DNA from: Podarcis bocagei
Taxonomy: Eukaryota
Strand: one strand, 5' to 3'
DNA length: 64,000 bases
Assembly: GCA_964188305.1 (NCBI GenBank)
Contig: OZ076901.1
Each line of letters begins with the position of its first letter. Within the stretch, counting starts at the first letter, position 1. Made by a program: the position numbers and the translations under genes. Below, one piece after another: positions 12,721-27,130 of this stretch. The notes below the pieces were generated by a model that was not told the DNA's origin, made no database searches, and was given only the letters and a program-made list of their open reading frames with translations.

Positions 12721-13781
12721 AGCATAGGTCATGAAGGCTCCAGGAATACTGCAAGTTTTCTCCAGAAATAAGCATGAGTGTTGCCTCTGATGACACTCAT
12801 AACATTAACGTGTTAACAATTGCATTAGAGGGGAGAACTGTACACCTACCATCCATAATGGGAGAAAGAGTCTTGCATGTTTAAAATGTGATAGAGGGAG
12901 ATGTTAGCTGCAGAGAGTCAGACTGGCTACAAAACAGGCAGAGGTGTTAATGGCACTCAGCAAAGGATTTACACTCAAGCAGTGTTTAAAGTGTTTGCCT
13001 TGAGCCCTTTTGAATTGCAGGCACAACTTGACTTTAAAGTGATACCACAGAAATACATTTACACTTTTTAATAGTCGTGGACAGGCTCGCGTTCTTCAGC
13101 CAAAAAGTTTGCCCGTTTTCCCTGTGGTATTGGACAGGAAATATCAGCAGGGCAGAGAAATCTGAACAAAAGGCAAGAAGTTTATCAGGAGGAGAAAGAT
13201 TTCCCAAAGCTCAGCTAAGCCCCGTTGGGGTGAGGGACATTTTCTGTAAAGAGAGTTGGCAGGAACTGAGCCCGGCTTCCTGTCCCTGGGAGCAGCTGCT
13301 TCCCAGTTGGGTCATGGGTTTCTTCCTGACCCAATGAGAACAGGAATCCATAGTAAGAAAACCCCTTCTTTTTTACTAAATAAAGCCAGTGTCAAGCAGA
13401 CACTCTTCCATTGAGGGTCAGAACAGATGTGACACAGCAGAACCGTGATCAGCTCTCCCAGTGTTTTTCGAAAACTTTTTTTTTAAGCTGCTGGTGGGGA
13501 AAGAGAGGTGGTCTGATTTTGATTGGATCAATGACATGGTGGGGGTGAGGGGTACTTAATCTTTTTCTGCTACTCAGTTTCTCCAGCTGAGATCACACAC
13601 AGCTGTTACTTGCCTCACAGGGTGGGGAGAGATTTGGTATATTTTGTCTTCTCCACTGAAGCCAACTGCAGCATTGAAAGTGGGGGTGCAATTTCAAGTA
13701 GGGAAAAGGGAAGCGTTAAAGCGCCCAAACCTTTGATCTGATCGGAGTCTGAACTGGGGGATCATACATTGGGACTAGATA

Positions 13782-14010
13782 CAGTGGTACCTTGGGTTAA
13801 GTACTTAATTCGTTCCGGAGGTCCGTACTTAACCTGAAACTGTTCTTAACCTGAAGCACCACTTTAGCTAATGGGGCCTCCTGCTGCTGCTGCTGTGCCA
13901 CCAGAGCACAATTTCTTTTCTCATCCTGAAGCAAAGTTCTTAACCTGAAGCACTATTTCTGGGTTAGCGGAGTCTGTAACCTGAAGCATATGTAACCTGA
14001 GATACCAATG
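13782..14010 (+). mobile_element. Tc1/mariner (Tigger/pogo-like) MITE
   Basis: TA|CAGTGGTACCTTGGGTTA...TAACCTGAGATACCAATG|TA; TA target duplication; same family as 18205 and 63701. Confidence 0.85.
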
Positions 14011-14047
14011 TAATAGGAAGCTTGAATTTTATAGGTCTCTACAAAGT

Positions 14048-14049
<2 letters not shown>

Positions 14050-14115
<66 letters not shown>
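14050..14115 (+). repeat. Compound (CT)n(CA)n microsatellite
   Basis: Directly visible dinucleotide runs. Confidence 0.95.
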
Positions 14116-14118
<3 letters not shown>

Positions 14119-16019
14119 GTCTGACTTTGCCCCACTGCATGCTGCTTTGGCAGCATCCTTTACCTTAGCCTCACCACATATTCTAATACAGAAATGAAAA
14201 TCAAAGCCACCTGAGAAGAGCAGAGTGGGATAATGTGTACACCTGTGAAGGGCTAGAACGTCTGGCCCCTGCTTCATAACACTTCACAAGTGACAAGAGA
14301 TGGCTCACCTGGCCAGTTTGTGACTAAGCCCCATAATAGGAGTTTGTTGACACAGAGGTTAATACAGCACCTGGCATCTCAATGCTTACTCTTTCAGACT
14401 TCCCTCTTATGGCAAAAGCAGAAGGAAATTGCAGTTGCACTGTAAACTGTGCTTGCATCCTGGTACATCCGTGCCTAAGTACTGCATCAATAGAATCACA
14501 TTGTTCTCCGGGGCGAAATAAGCGCTCTTTTTTATTGCAGGAATGGAGCTTGGAGATAACAGAGACTTCGTATTACGGCATCACAATTTGGCCCAATTAC
14601 TTTTGAGCATTAAAGGTGCTATTATTAAGGGTTTCCTTTAGCACATGCTTGCAGAGCCCTGGAGATGGATATAAGGGAGACCTTTTCTGGCTCTAGAATT
14701 GTCTTAGGGGTCCCAATCCTGCCATCAAAGTAGCACAAGGGTATCCTTGCTCCTTACAACTGAGCCATATAATAGTAAACGGTGCTTGGAGGACACACCC
14801 GGCTGACCTCCCTTGATTTCGTTGCAAATAGAAGGCTCTATTTTGGTGGTGTTTCTTAGATTCTTTGCAGCCTAGTGGAATACTTTAGTTTTCAGGAAGC
14901 ACATCTGGAAAAATGAGGGCCCTTCTAGATCAGATCAAAGCTCCATCTAGCCCAACTTCTTCCTTCCATCAGTGACCACCAAGTGTCATCAATTCAGATC
15001 AAACAGACTGTGTTTGCACACAACACTTAAGCTAAGCTCTCTAACTGACATTTTGCAAGCCATTGGCAGCATACTTTCAAATCTTAAATTGCAACCTTAT
15101 AGGCAATGTTTATTACTGGGTGTGTGCCCCCACAAGAGGGTACAAAAGCCATCCATTACATTGTGACTGTGCAGGATTTACTCCCCTGCCGAGTGCTGAA
15201 GTGTCCAGCAGGTGCAGCAGAGTTTGACTTAAGCAATGTCGCAGTCCCTAACCAGAATATTCTGTAGAACTTCTCGCTGCAACATTTGGCCAAGGGCAGC
15301 CTCGCTGTTGGTGCCAAATGCTCATTCAACTTACAGATGTCTCTGTTTTCTGCAAATGCTAGCAAGGAAGCAAATCTCTGTTTTCCTCTTTTAGTGGGAA
15401 GCAACCTTTTCTTTTACAGAGCTCTGTGCACTGCAGGTGAATCATGGTTAAGGATTAAGGAAGGGCTTCCAAAGAGTGACCAGTTCGCAGGTTAACAGGC
15501 ATTAGATCAGCAGCTTTTAAATTTTGCATGAAAGGTCTCTGCTTATTACAAGAAAGAGGTATGTTATTTCAGCAGGTTTATGGCGAATCATAAAAATAGT
15601 AAAGATTCCTCTGGCAGGCCTGATGCTGCTAGGGGCTGGAGCAGACATAATGGAGCTGCAGTTAAGAGAGCAGCGGCCGAACACAATATTTCATGCCTTC
15701 TCCCCACACTCCCTCCCTGGCTCCAGTTGCCTGCTGAGGGGTCTCCCTTCATATGAGCTGCCAAGAAGTCAGTTCCCCATGGTTCTCCTTTAAAGACCCA
15801 TGAATTGATTGTAGCAGCATCTTTTGCGGACTAGAACCCACTTCGTTGCATGAAGGTAACGCTCACTGCATCTGAAGAAGGGGCCTCCAATCCAAGTAAG
15901 CTTATGCCATGTCAGTCTCCGTGAAATGAATACAGTCCATATATGGACAGAAGGAATCTCCCTGGATATAACAGTTTTCACACACAGGGCAGACTAAAGA
16001 TAATAGTTTGGGTTCCTCA

Positions 16020-16300
16020 CTTGAAGCTTTATAAATTTATATATTGTACCAAGGCGAATGAAAATCATTAATTATGTAGCTGTTGACTAGGGGATTATTA
16101 TTATAACTGAAATGTAACTGACATTACTTAAGACTATGGAACGCAATGATATAAGATCGGAAATGCACCCAAACCATCATGCGGGGAGCCACTTGAACTA
16201 AAATGTATTAATTGGAAGTTGATTGGCACTTTGATAATTGTATAATTTGGGAATTAATCAATATTGTTATAATTTGGCTATTATTGGGAGTATATTGGAA
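16020..16300. promoter_or_regulatory. Candidate homeodomain-site-rich enhancer (intron 8)
   Basis: Dense TAAT/ATTA, TTTATAAA, TGATTGG and TAATCAATA motifs in unique sequence. Conservation not verified. Confidence 0.4.
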
Positions 16301-17870
16301 AACGTGTGTGTGTGTGCGCACGCACGAAAAGAATGCAGTTTTCAGGGGACTTCCTAGATTCAAAAATCCTTTCATTCCATCAGCGATAGTACTGCATTGT
16401 TTAATCAGTTACGGAATAGTCTACTTTTTTAAACATTGAACAACTAAAAAATATTACCTTGAATAACTGGGTAATAGACTTTTAAAAAGCAAATATTATT
16501 TGTAATTCAAGTATTTACAAAAATTATAGGTGGTAAGCACCATCTGTAAAGAGGGCTTACCCCCTTCTCTCTCACACACAAATAATGGTATCTTCTAAAA
16601 CAGTGTCTGCTAAATCTCAGATGTAAAACAAGGTAAATAAGAGTTTTGTTTCAGAACTATTGTTTGCTCATAGGAAACTAAAACTCATCCTATTAATTGA
16701 CTCTTTAATTGAGGGTCACCCTAGTTAGCATAATACCGCCTAGGTCCTTTGGCCTAAACCTGCCTGAGTTTAACTGAGAAGTCCATCAAGGCAACACATA
16801 GGTACATTCCAATGTAACTCATTTTAATATGAAGTTTGGACTGCCCTCTGTATGAGAAGAAATTCTGTATCTTCTTACTTGGTTTAGAATTGCTTCATTT
16901 GTTACATGATCAAAGGCTTCTGACATGTATATGGCAGGCACCAAATGAATTGCGAAACACAGGGCTTAATTCTCTGAGCCATAATTTGGAGGTGGTTGTT
17001 GTTGGTTATTGTGATTCTTTGCCTGCTGAAAATGAGAGCCTTGAACAACAGCTTTTGATCATTCTTTAGATCACATTCTTGAATATCACCTGTATTTTTT
17101 GCTGCTGTCTACATGCTGTTTTATTGAACACGGAAAATTAACACACTGCTGGGCTGCCCAAGACCAAACTGAGGGTCATTCTCTCTGTATATTTTTCCTG
17201 ACTCACTCTGTGTTGAAAGTAAGGAGAAGGGGATTTGCTGTTTGTGGACCCAGCAGCAGTAGAGAAGAGAACCTACTGAAAATGAAGTTATAGATTTTGG
17301 TGAAAATCAGCTCTCATTTTTGTTGCCTTGTTGCATTCTAAAATATAATGGGGGCCTGAGAGGAGGAATACTGGATCACAGCTTGCCAGTTTGCTTTTCA
17401 TCTTGGCAGGAGTGGTTTTCAATTTATTTGCTTTTGTCACCCCGTGAGAATTGAGTGTACCCAACTGTACACTTCAGTAGTGGTGGACAAGATAATTTTT
17501 AGTGAAACCTGTCCATGTCCTTCCTTCTCTGGGATATTTTGACAGCCAATTCTGTAAAGCAAGGTTGGCATTTGTTCTCAAGGGCCATTCAGTTCTCCAG
17601 ATAGTGATCCAAAGGTCAGAAGTGTGGTCTGGTTGTTGCGTGATCAGGCTTTGCATTAAATCTGGTGCCACCTGGCAGTGAGGGCTTCACGATGATGAAA
17701 CACTGTGAGGTGGAGCAAAAGAGGGCATATTGCATACAAAATCCCAAAGTAGTGTAACGTGAAAGTGTGACTTTCCTCTCACACACCACTTCAAGGTGGC
17801 ATTCCACAGTTTCGGGGTTTGCATTATTTCTCTGGACTGTCAGTTGGTTCCCCATTTCTGCTGGAGTGTG

Positions 17871-17998
17871 NNNNNNNNNNNNNNNNNNNNNNNNNNNNNN
17901 NNNNNNNNNNNNNNNNNNNNNNNNNNNNNNNNNNNNNNNNNNNNNNNNNNNNNNNNNNNNNNNNNNNNNNNNNNNNNNNNNNNNNNNNNNNNNNNNNN
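17871..17998. other. Assembly gap (128 N)
   Basis: N run. Confidence 1.
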
Positions 17999-18204
17999 AG
18001 GTTGGCCCTGTCACAAAGAGCGTTGCACATAGGTTACCTACAGTAATTGTTTTCACCTGTTACCACCTTGTCCAAGTTGACAACATTTTATGACAATGAG
18101 TATTGAGAATGCAAATGAATGAAAATGAACTGCAAGTGCCTAGCAAAATATGTAAACATGTGCATTCCCATTTTTATGCACTGGATCTGTTTGAAGAATG
18201 TGTA

Positions 18205-18422
18205 CAGTGGTACCTCGGGTTACAGACGCTTCAGGTTACAGACTCCGCTAACCCAGAAATAGTACCTCAGGTTAAGAACTTTGTTTCAGGATGAGAACAG
18301 AAATTCCGCAGCGGCAGCAGCGGGAGGCCCCATTAGCTAAAGTGGTGCTTCAGGTTAAGAACAGTTTCAGGTTAAGAACGGACCTCCAGAACGAATTAAG
18401 TTCTTAACCCGAGGTACCACTG
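18205..18422 (-). mobile_element. Tc1/mariner (Tigger/pogo-like) MITE
   Basis: Perfect 18-bp TIRs CAGTGGTACCTCGGGTTA / TAACCCGAGGTACCACTG flanked by TA; internal sequence is the reverse complement of the 13782 copy. Confidence 0.9.
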
Positions 18423-20619
18423 TATTCTTTCCAGGTATCTTTAAAAACATGACTGACCTGGTTTTCCCTTTGCAACGGTGCCAAGAGGCAACATGTTTAC
18501 ATGTTGGATAGTGTCCATCCATTTTGTTGTCTTAATATTCCTGGGAAGAAAGAACTTGACTTAGTGTGGGACTTTATCATTACGATTTCTTGAACAGTAG
18601 CTTCTTAAACACACTTGAACATAATCCTAATGCACCACTCCCGTAAAGTCTCTCGAACACCAAAAATTGTAGTTCTCCCATTCCTTCATTCTAAAGAAAC
18701 GCCACCCCTGCCAAACACACACAAAAACACACTCATTCTCTCTTTCCCCCTCTCTGCACACACACTCTTCACAGAGTGAACAAGAGAATACCCCCACCCC
18801 CTTTCTTAAGGTCCTAAGTCTATGGTTTACTTTGTAACGTAGCTGGCTCTTGAAGGACACAGTTGCACAGAATTTTTGGAGCAGCCTAATAGCTTCCTGT
18901 CTGTTCCTTAATTATTTAAGGTTTATTGAAGGTTTTCCACAAAAGTCCAGCAGATAAATCTGTACCAGTTGGACATAAAAAGTTTCTCTCTCCAGTTTAA
19001 CTCTTCCACCAGCCCCCATTAATAGCAAAGGAGAGAAAGTCAAATTGAAACAAGAGAAATGAACTCTCCTTCACCTAAAAGATCTGCTATGGATATCTAC
19101 TTTGCTTAACAATTTTGAGAAGCTATGCAGTTGGACATCAGAGATGCTCATGTGAACCATAATTTGTTCACCAGAACTCATAATAATCTTAAAAAATGTT
19201 TGGGTGTAAATTATTGTTATTGTTAATATTAACAAAACAAAACACACACACACACACCCCAAGATTTGCTCAAGCAGAAAAAATATTTTAACATTATCAA
19301 CACAACAAAACAGATTGTTTCATCATGTTTGATACTTTGGCTACTTTAGCAAAATTAGCATAGCTGCTGTTATAAAACACTGGAATTAACTTTTAAAAGC
19401 GTAGTATTATTACTTTTAGCAAGGTTAGGTAAAATGCAAAGCATTCATAGAACTCGCTGTAGTCTCTGGCTTTTATCCCGGAATGGCAGGGTCAACCTCC
19501 ATGTATTTTTTTATTTATTGGATGTAAACCAGAAACAAAGCAAAGTAACAGTAGCTATTAAAATGTGAGACTTTTTAGAAGAAGTTTTGCAAAATGGCTC
19601 ATTCTCTAAGCATCACCATCCTTGTGATTCATTGAATATTTAAACTGGATCAAATAATTGATTGTCTTATGTGCCAACCCTTCATCTAAGAGCTTGCTTG
19701 TGCCCTCTGCGATTTTCTCCCTGTCTCCTTTTGTATTCTTAAGACTCCTCTACGGTATCAGAAACTGCCTCTGAACCTCCCCTCTGTTGCAAAATCAGCT
19801 TACTGCGCAGCTGGCAAGGCTGGCCTGCCCATGAGGTGGCAGGCTCTAGACAGCGGGCAGGTGTGGCAGATCTGCTTCCTGTACTTGTAAGCCACTTCCT
19901 CCTCTGCTGTGAGCCCCACCCACCCTGTTCTTGGGCAGCAATGGGCAAGCAGTGACAGGCATGCACGGGGGGGGGGGGGGCATTTTCTGCAAAATCTCCT
20001 GGGCGGCCCTACCTGCTGGTCTGAGAAAGGAACATCTTGAGCCTCCTTGGGAGACCGGAACTAACTATTGCACCCCAATCTTCTCTATCCCTTCCACTAT
20101 TTTCTTTGCCATTGTTAAGTCAGGGATGCAATGCCGTTCTTTTATTTAAGTGAATTGTACAGTTCCCCAATATCAATAGCAGGTAGGGTTTTTTATTATT
20201 TGCAAGAGGTTGTAATAAAAAATTTAGCAGCGCATTTTAACGAGCCCTTGTGGCTTCATATTAACAGTTACTCAGTGCAATAAAAAGAAGAAAACAGCAA
20301 CGGGGAAAATGTTACTTTTTCCCCCTTGCCAAAAAACGTTACCCTGTCCAGCTAATAAAACAGAAACGTTTGCCTCCGCAGTAAATTTCAAATATATATT
20401 CTCTGTGGGTTTTTGGTCCTCCCGCATGTGGAAAAGGAAGGTACAACAAGCCTTTCACGCCTAGGAAGTGCCACAAGCAGAACTGGCAGGTGATCAACAT
20501 GTTGTATATGTTAAGTGAACTCTTTGTATGTGGACTGGCAGTAAGTTCTGGACAGAGAAGAGTGTGTCTAATAGAACTCCCTGGCTCAGGGTGTGTGATG
20601 GCTGGTAGTTTAGATTATG

Positions 20620-20960
20620 TTAGAATAGGATTAAGAAGATCTCTGCAGGTCGGACCAAAATTCTATCTAGTCCAGCATCCTCTTTCCACCAGCACCTAAG
20701 CTTATGCCTTCAAGATGCCCACAAGCTGAAGGCAATAGCCCACTCCTGTTATTGTTCCCTAGAAAATGGTACCCCGACTCATGTTGTTGTTGTTGATGAT
20801 GATGATGTTGGCCTCTAAACATGGAGAGACCATTTCCCCATCATGACTAATAGCTATTGATAGACCTATATTCTTCCCCATGTATTTATCACTAAATTGT
20901 CTTACGTAGCATCTCAGCCCACCACCATCACCACATCACAATGAATTCCTCATTACACAC
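20620..20960 (-). mobile_element. CR1-like LINE 3' end fragment (degenerate)
   Basis: TAAGAAGA..CTG..GG.CGGACCAAA...ATCTAGTCCAGCATCCT...CATCATGACTAATAGCTATTGATAGACCTAT motif set; similar copies near 25145-25340 and 36851-37075. Boundaries approximate. Confidence 0.6.
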
Positions 20961-22410
20961 ATTCGTAACTGGCAGTCGATGGTTACAAGACAAGATCCCT
21001 AAATGGAACATCCGTGTTCAGAGCCAGCGTACCTCTGAATACTTGGCTGCTGGGAGCAAATAGTAATGGATGGCAATTACCTTTATTCACTTTTGTGGAA
21101 TTGGGAATTCTGGGCCAGTTCTGTCTAGGTAGTCTTTTTTAAAGTTCTTCTGGAAGTGCGTGTTAGCAGAAGACTTCAGTAGTGCTTTTGCTGTGTTCAG
21201 TACTGGAAATGAAACAAGGTCCAGAGATGGTTCAGATGGTTGCTTTTCTGTAGGCTCAGCGGTTCAGCACCGTTTGAAAAGCTGTTACCATGCACCAATA
21301 AATTAGAGGTTTGTTGTTGGTTTAAATGCTTTAATTAAAATATTTATCACCTGCCTGAGTTCTTGAGATAGAAGCTGCAAGCCCAACACAAAGTTTATAG
21401 CGTGAAAAGTCATTCCTCCCCTCAATTCCTCATCGAATTTCTGAGCAACTTTAAATAGGATTAGGATGTCTTTGCACTGCAGTTTACTCTAGGACCTACC
21501 GTTAAAAAAGTGCTGTAGAATTAGCAGAGATATACAGTTCCATGAACTATGTAGCCGCAGAGAAACCCTTCCCACCAACACGAAGAAATGTGAAATTTTG
21601 AATGCATGTGTGTACACACAACCAGTACAAACATTTATATATTTGATTGGCTATGGCTTTCTATACCAAATTTGGGAATATTAAGTCAGTCACATAGAAG
21701 AGATGGAATCAAGAAGATACTTATGCTGTTATGGACACCAGACATTTATGGAGTCACATTAAGAGTATATTAAGGGTGTTGCAAATTATTGGCTTTGTCT
21801 TTTTTATGTAGCCTCCTTGCCCATTTTGGGGGGGCAGAGAAATAACATAACCAGCCATGCCACAGTATATAAATTAGTACATAATCAAGAGTCACTCTTG
21901 CAGTTTTGAAGAGGCGACAAGAATGCATTTCCCCCCATAGACTCACATTTGAAAGAGTAGTTTCTGAATGGGAGTTCCCAGTGTACTGTTTTATGTTCAA
22001 GTCTGTTTGGCCCATCTGATCACTTGGTAGCAACTTGAAAATCCTTCCTTACCATTCATGGTGTTATCATGCTACAAGGAACCAGCATGTCAAAATCCAT
22101 GTTCTACACTGAGACGGAGTTTATTAAGGGTCTGAAACTGGAGAAAGTTTTATCTGTTAATATTTCATTGAAAACTGTGATGAGTTAGGATGATCAGGGG
22201 TATGGAGTGACTACTCTAAAAATCAGTTTGAAATCAGTGTGTTTGTACTTAACCCTGCTGTGTTACAAATATATTGCAGAGATGTAGCATACTGAGGGGG
22301 GGGGGGAGAGAGGAAAAAAAATCAAACACTGGAGTGCAAAGCTACCCACAGTTGACGGGTAATTTGACTTGATCATTGATTAACGTATCCTGTTTCTTGT
22401 TTTCTTCCAG

Positions 22411-22459
22411 GTCTGATGAAATTGAGATTATCATGACAGACCTTGAAAGAGCAAATCAG
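22411..22459 (+). CDS. CUX1: CUX1/CASP exon 9
   Basis: tttcttccAG acceptor; encodes (K)SDEIEIIMTDLERANQ; donor GTAAGG; 49 nt. Confidence 0.95.
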
Positions 22460-23466
22460 GTAAGGTTTTTTTTTAAGCCAGTATTGCTGGTTGGATTGTA
22501 AAGACAGCCTTGAAGTGTCATGCTTATCAGTTGTAGCACTGCAACTCCCATCAGCCTCAGCCTGCATGACCAAGAGCTAGGGATGATGGGAATTGTAGCC
22601 CTACAACATCTGGAGAACCCTCACCCATTCCACTTCACTATTAAGTCTGATGCAGAGCCTAGCAAGCAGAGTTTCACTTGCCTTGCACACATTCTGGTGA
22701 ACATTCTGTTGTCTTAGCCAAACCTATGACACAACACTAATATGAGGATGAAATGTGCCACCATGGTTTCCTTGGAGGAAAAGGAGAAATGTATTTGGCA
22801 GTTTGAGACTTCGCTTTTAATACAGTAACCCTTTTGCTACCAAATGGCACAAGTTCCTTAGAGGAGGGGCAGGATAAAAATATAATGTGGGATTTAATTT
22901 TGTGTGTTTTTTTGTTCTTAATGACTATTGTTTCATTGTTCATATTGTATTTTAATTGTATCATCTGTTTTATGAGCTGGGTATGGGACATTTGTTATGG
23001 GGCACCTACATAACTACAGTTATGCTGGATGATCAATGTTTCCATTGACTAAAACAGGAATAGCCCTCCAAATCGTGTGCTACTTCTCATGTCATCCTGG
23101 CTGGGGCTGTGCAGCTTGGAGTCCAAATATCTCTAGATCAGCGCATTGGCTTCCCCTGGATTAAACATCTTTCCCTAGCTTGCAAGCTTCACCCTGTCTG
23201 TGTGGGCAGGAGAGAGAAATAGCGATGGAGAAAAGAGGCTTGACAAAAAAACATTGTGCTTGTTTCAGGCAAAGCAGGCTGAGGATCTCTTAATTCAGCA
23301 TTTACTCGTGAGAATTATTCCCATGAGGAATCTTGCAGCACAGCCTGCTTTGGCTGGGAGTATAGAAGGCAATTGAATCAAAGGGTTCCATTTCCACTTG
23401 CATTCATCCAGCCTGGGAAATTCAGTGGGCCGCAGCATTTGTGTCAGCAGGGGATTCCTTGCTCCT

Positions 23467-23610
23467 NNNNNNNNNNNNNNNNNNNNNNNNNNNNNNNNNN
23501 NNNNNNNNNNNNNNNNNNNNNNNNNNNNNNNNNNNNNNNNNNNNNNNNNNNNNNNNNNNNNNNNNNNNNNNNNNNNNNNNNNNNNNNNNNNNNNNNNNNN
23601 NNNNNNNNNN
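23467..23610. other. Assembly gap (144 N)
   Basis: N run. Confidence 1.
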
Positions 23611-23612
23611 GA

Positions 23613-23909
<297 letters not shown>

Positions 23910-24900
23910 TGAAACACCTCCAGCTCAGCTTCTTGCACTTTGCTGCCAGGCAGAGCTGAGGTTTTCAGCTGCCGCCAGAATTGTGTTTCTTGGGAATCGC
24001 CTTTCCCTTGCGATGCCTTCAAGTACAGCTGCTTGTTGTGCCGGGTTTGGAGCAGGGACATTGATGGGAGGATGGGGGGGCTTAGCAACCTTGCCGTTTT
24101 CATAGGGGAGCTGTAAGGTAGGGGTTGCTGTAGGGGTTGCTTATTTGGAGCTTTGCTTTGTCTAGCCTGTAGATTGCAAAGCGGGAATAAACCAGGGACT
24201 GAAGACCTTGAAGTTCTTTTAGTGCAGCGTCTATCAGAATTATTTCCATGGTCGCAACATGCTAGATGGTGTGCAAAAAAGTGGCATGTTGCTTGTCTAG
24301 TCAGCTCTTCACTTCCTGTAGTTGTGAAAATTCACGCAAAAGCTGAGTCTGCATGGTTGTATTTATTTATTTTTGAAAAGTAAGTTCCTAGACCACGCCA
24401 ATCTTAAACTTTGGGCAGATTCATACAGGTGAAGGTGGTTCTTAAGGTATCTTGGTCCCAGGATGTTTGGAGCTTTAAACGTTATGGCCAGCTCTTAAAT
24501 CAAGCCCCGGAACAAATAGATAGCCAACAGAAATGGAAATATATTTCATTTTCCCAAGTTCTGGTCAATGATTTTAGATCAGTAGAAGTTTTCAAACTTG
24601 CTTCAAGGGCAGCCCCATGTAGAGAACATTACAGTAATCTGATCTATTAAGTTGGAAATATTTTTGTCACCCCTCTCAACAGACATGTTTTCATACCTTT
24701 CAGAAGCAACCAAAGTTAAATGAGGGGGATAGACTTTTCTGAGTTGCCTGTCTCTGATACCTGCCCTTTAATCTCTTGCTTCTGCCATCATTTCTGGATG
24801 AACTACCAGTGTTTTTAGGCCTGCTGTTTTGCCAGGGTGTGATTTCTATCTATCTCTCCACCCCTTTCTCACTTCAACCCCCCCCCCCAATGTCTTTTAG

Positions 24901-25131
<231 letters not shown>

Positions 25132-25584
25132 TGAGACCAGAGGCACAGACAAGTTGCATCAGAGCCTAAGAGCCCTGGTGGATCAGCCCAAAGGCCTATT
25201 TAATCCGACCTCCTATTTACCAAGGTGGCCAATCAGATGCCTGTGGGAAGACAGTAGCCCTCTCCCACTTCTGGTACACAGAGACATGGCACTTCTGATC
25301 CTATAGGTAGTATGTGGGCATCATGACTAGTGGTCAATGTATGCCTGTGGTGCTGTTGTAAGGGGCATTCTTGTTTCCAGGTGCAGTGTTACCAAGCTCC
25401 TTCCGGCCCTGCAATGTGTTTGTTTTTAACTTTTAACATCCTCCAACAGAAATGACAATTTCTCAGTGGACTTGCCACAGTGATTCCTACTTACTCATGT
25501 TCAAAATTCAGATCCATTCTGTTGTAAGTCTGGCTGAAGCAAGAGAAAACAACATTTGGCATAAGAAGGAGCAAGCCTTTGTTT

Positions 25585-25800
25585 CTATTACGTTTATATT
25601 CCGCCTCTCCTCCAGTGAGCTCAAGGCAGCACACACAGTTCTTGGTTCTCCCCATTATATCCTCACAACAACCCCATTGACTGATAGGTTGAGAGATAAC
25701 AAGTGGTCAAAGTCACCCAGGAGGCTTCATGGCTTAGTAGGGATTTGAATCTTGATGTCCCCCAGTCCTTGTCCACAAATGTTAAGCACTTCACCGCACC
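25585..25800 (-). mobile_element. MIR-like/CORE SINE (Squam3-like)
   Basis: Reverse-orientation homologue of 8040-8263 (ATCCTCACAACAACCC...GTCACCCAG..GCTTCATGGCTTAGTAGGGATTTGAA). Confidence 0.65.
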
Positions 25801-27071
25801 AGTTCATATGGATTCCATTCTCTCCCCTGTCCAGGAATTTGGGTGCTGCCCACAGGTTCGAATTCTGAGCATCACTGCTTTGCTCAGCAAACAAGTGTTG
25901 CCAGCTCTCAGGGTGCTCACTCTGGCCTCCTCGTCTCACCATCGCTGATCGGGAAGCAAATCAAAAGTTATGGGTGGTGGTGTGCATTACGAAGCCCGTC
26001 TTTATGATTTGAAACTGGCCTGTTATGATAATTGTGGTTGTTGCTTCTGAAAATGTCTGCAAACACAACACATGCTGCAACCCTGAGCTGTGGGTCCTGC
26101 CAGAGAGAACTGCCTTACAATGAATCAAACCACTGATCTTTCTCACCCAGTGTTGTCAACCCCATCTGGTAGCGGCATTGGATGGCAGGGGAGGAAGGGA
26201 GAGACTGAGCCTTTCTTGTCTGTGTATCTTTGGTTGTGCACAGTTAACGTGGCTGTCCTGGTTCAGTAGCAAGAATCAAAACTGGTACATTTATCTTGGG
26301 GGAAGGGGTTAAGAAGAAAGGGATGCAGCTTTCTGTTTTGAATGCAGGCCATCTGAAAATATTATGTAATCATTTAATAAAGGCCTTAAGGGTAGGACCT
26401 GGAAGAGGAACCGTTTTTGCTTCTTGGCTGCTTTTTCTTGTTCATTCTTTGTACCCAGTGAGTAGGTTAATAAACTTAGATTGGCTTCTTGATAAGATGC
26501 CTTTTCCTGAGCTACTGCATGGGAGTCTCCCCCCACCAACTCCACTCCTGTTAGTGCATCATTTTGCAAGCTCCCAGAGGGTGTATTTTTAGACCTTGCG
26601 TGACATTAGAAACATGCCTTTTATTTTGTCTGAAAACGAACCAAGTCGATAGTTGGAGCCAGATATTAGTTCCTCCAGATTGTCTCACAGCTTGAACCTT
26701 TTGTTCTGCTTTGCATTTTGCTGGGTTCTTCCAGACAATTGCTATGCTAATTTCTTCCCACAACTGTTGCAGTGAGATGGGGGGCACTTGGTGCCTAAAT
26801 GGCCTGATCGCATCAGACTGTAGGTATCTCCTCTTTCTGCCTTGGTGGGCATCCTGTTAGCTGGATCAAGAGGAAGGTCATTCCTCTGATAGGGATAACA
26901 CATCCCACAGGTGATGACAGGCAGGGTCCCAAACAGTTTTCTGCCTCCTCTCCAGAGAATGGGGCCATCCCACCCACCAATCTGATCCTGTCTGTCGTTT
27001 TTGTTGGGTCTGACTTGTCAGGTTGAAGAATTTTAATCTAATCAAAATAATGCTGAACTTTTTCTTTTAAG

Positions 27072-27130
27072 CAACTGGAAGAAAAATTGAAGGTGCAAGC
27101 TGACTATGACGAGGTTAAGAAAGAATTGAA
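27072..27130 (+). CDS. CUX1: CUX1/CASP exon 12
   Basis: tttcttttaAG acceptor; encodes QLEEKLKVQADYDEVKKEL(N); donor GTAAGT; 59 nt. Confidence 0.95.
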
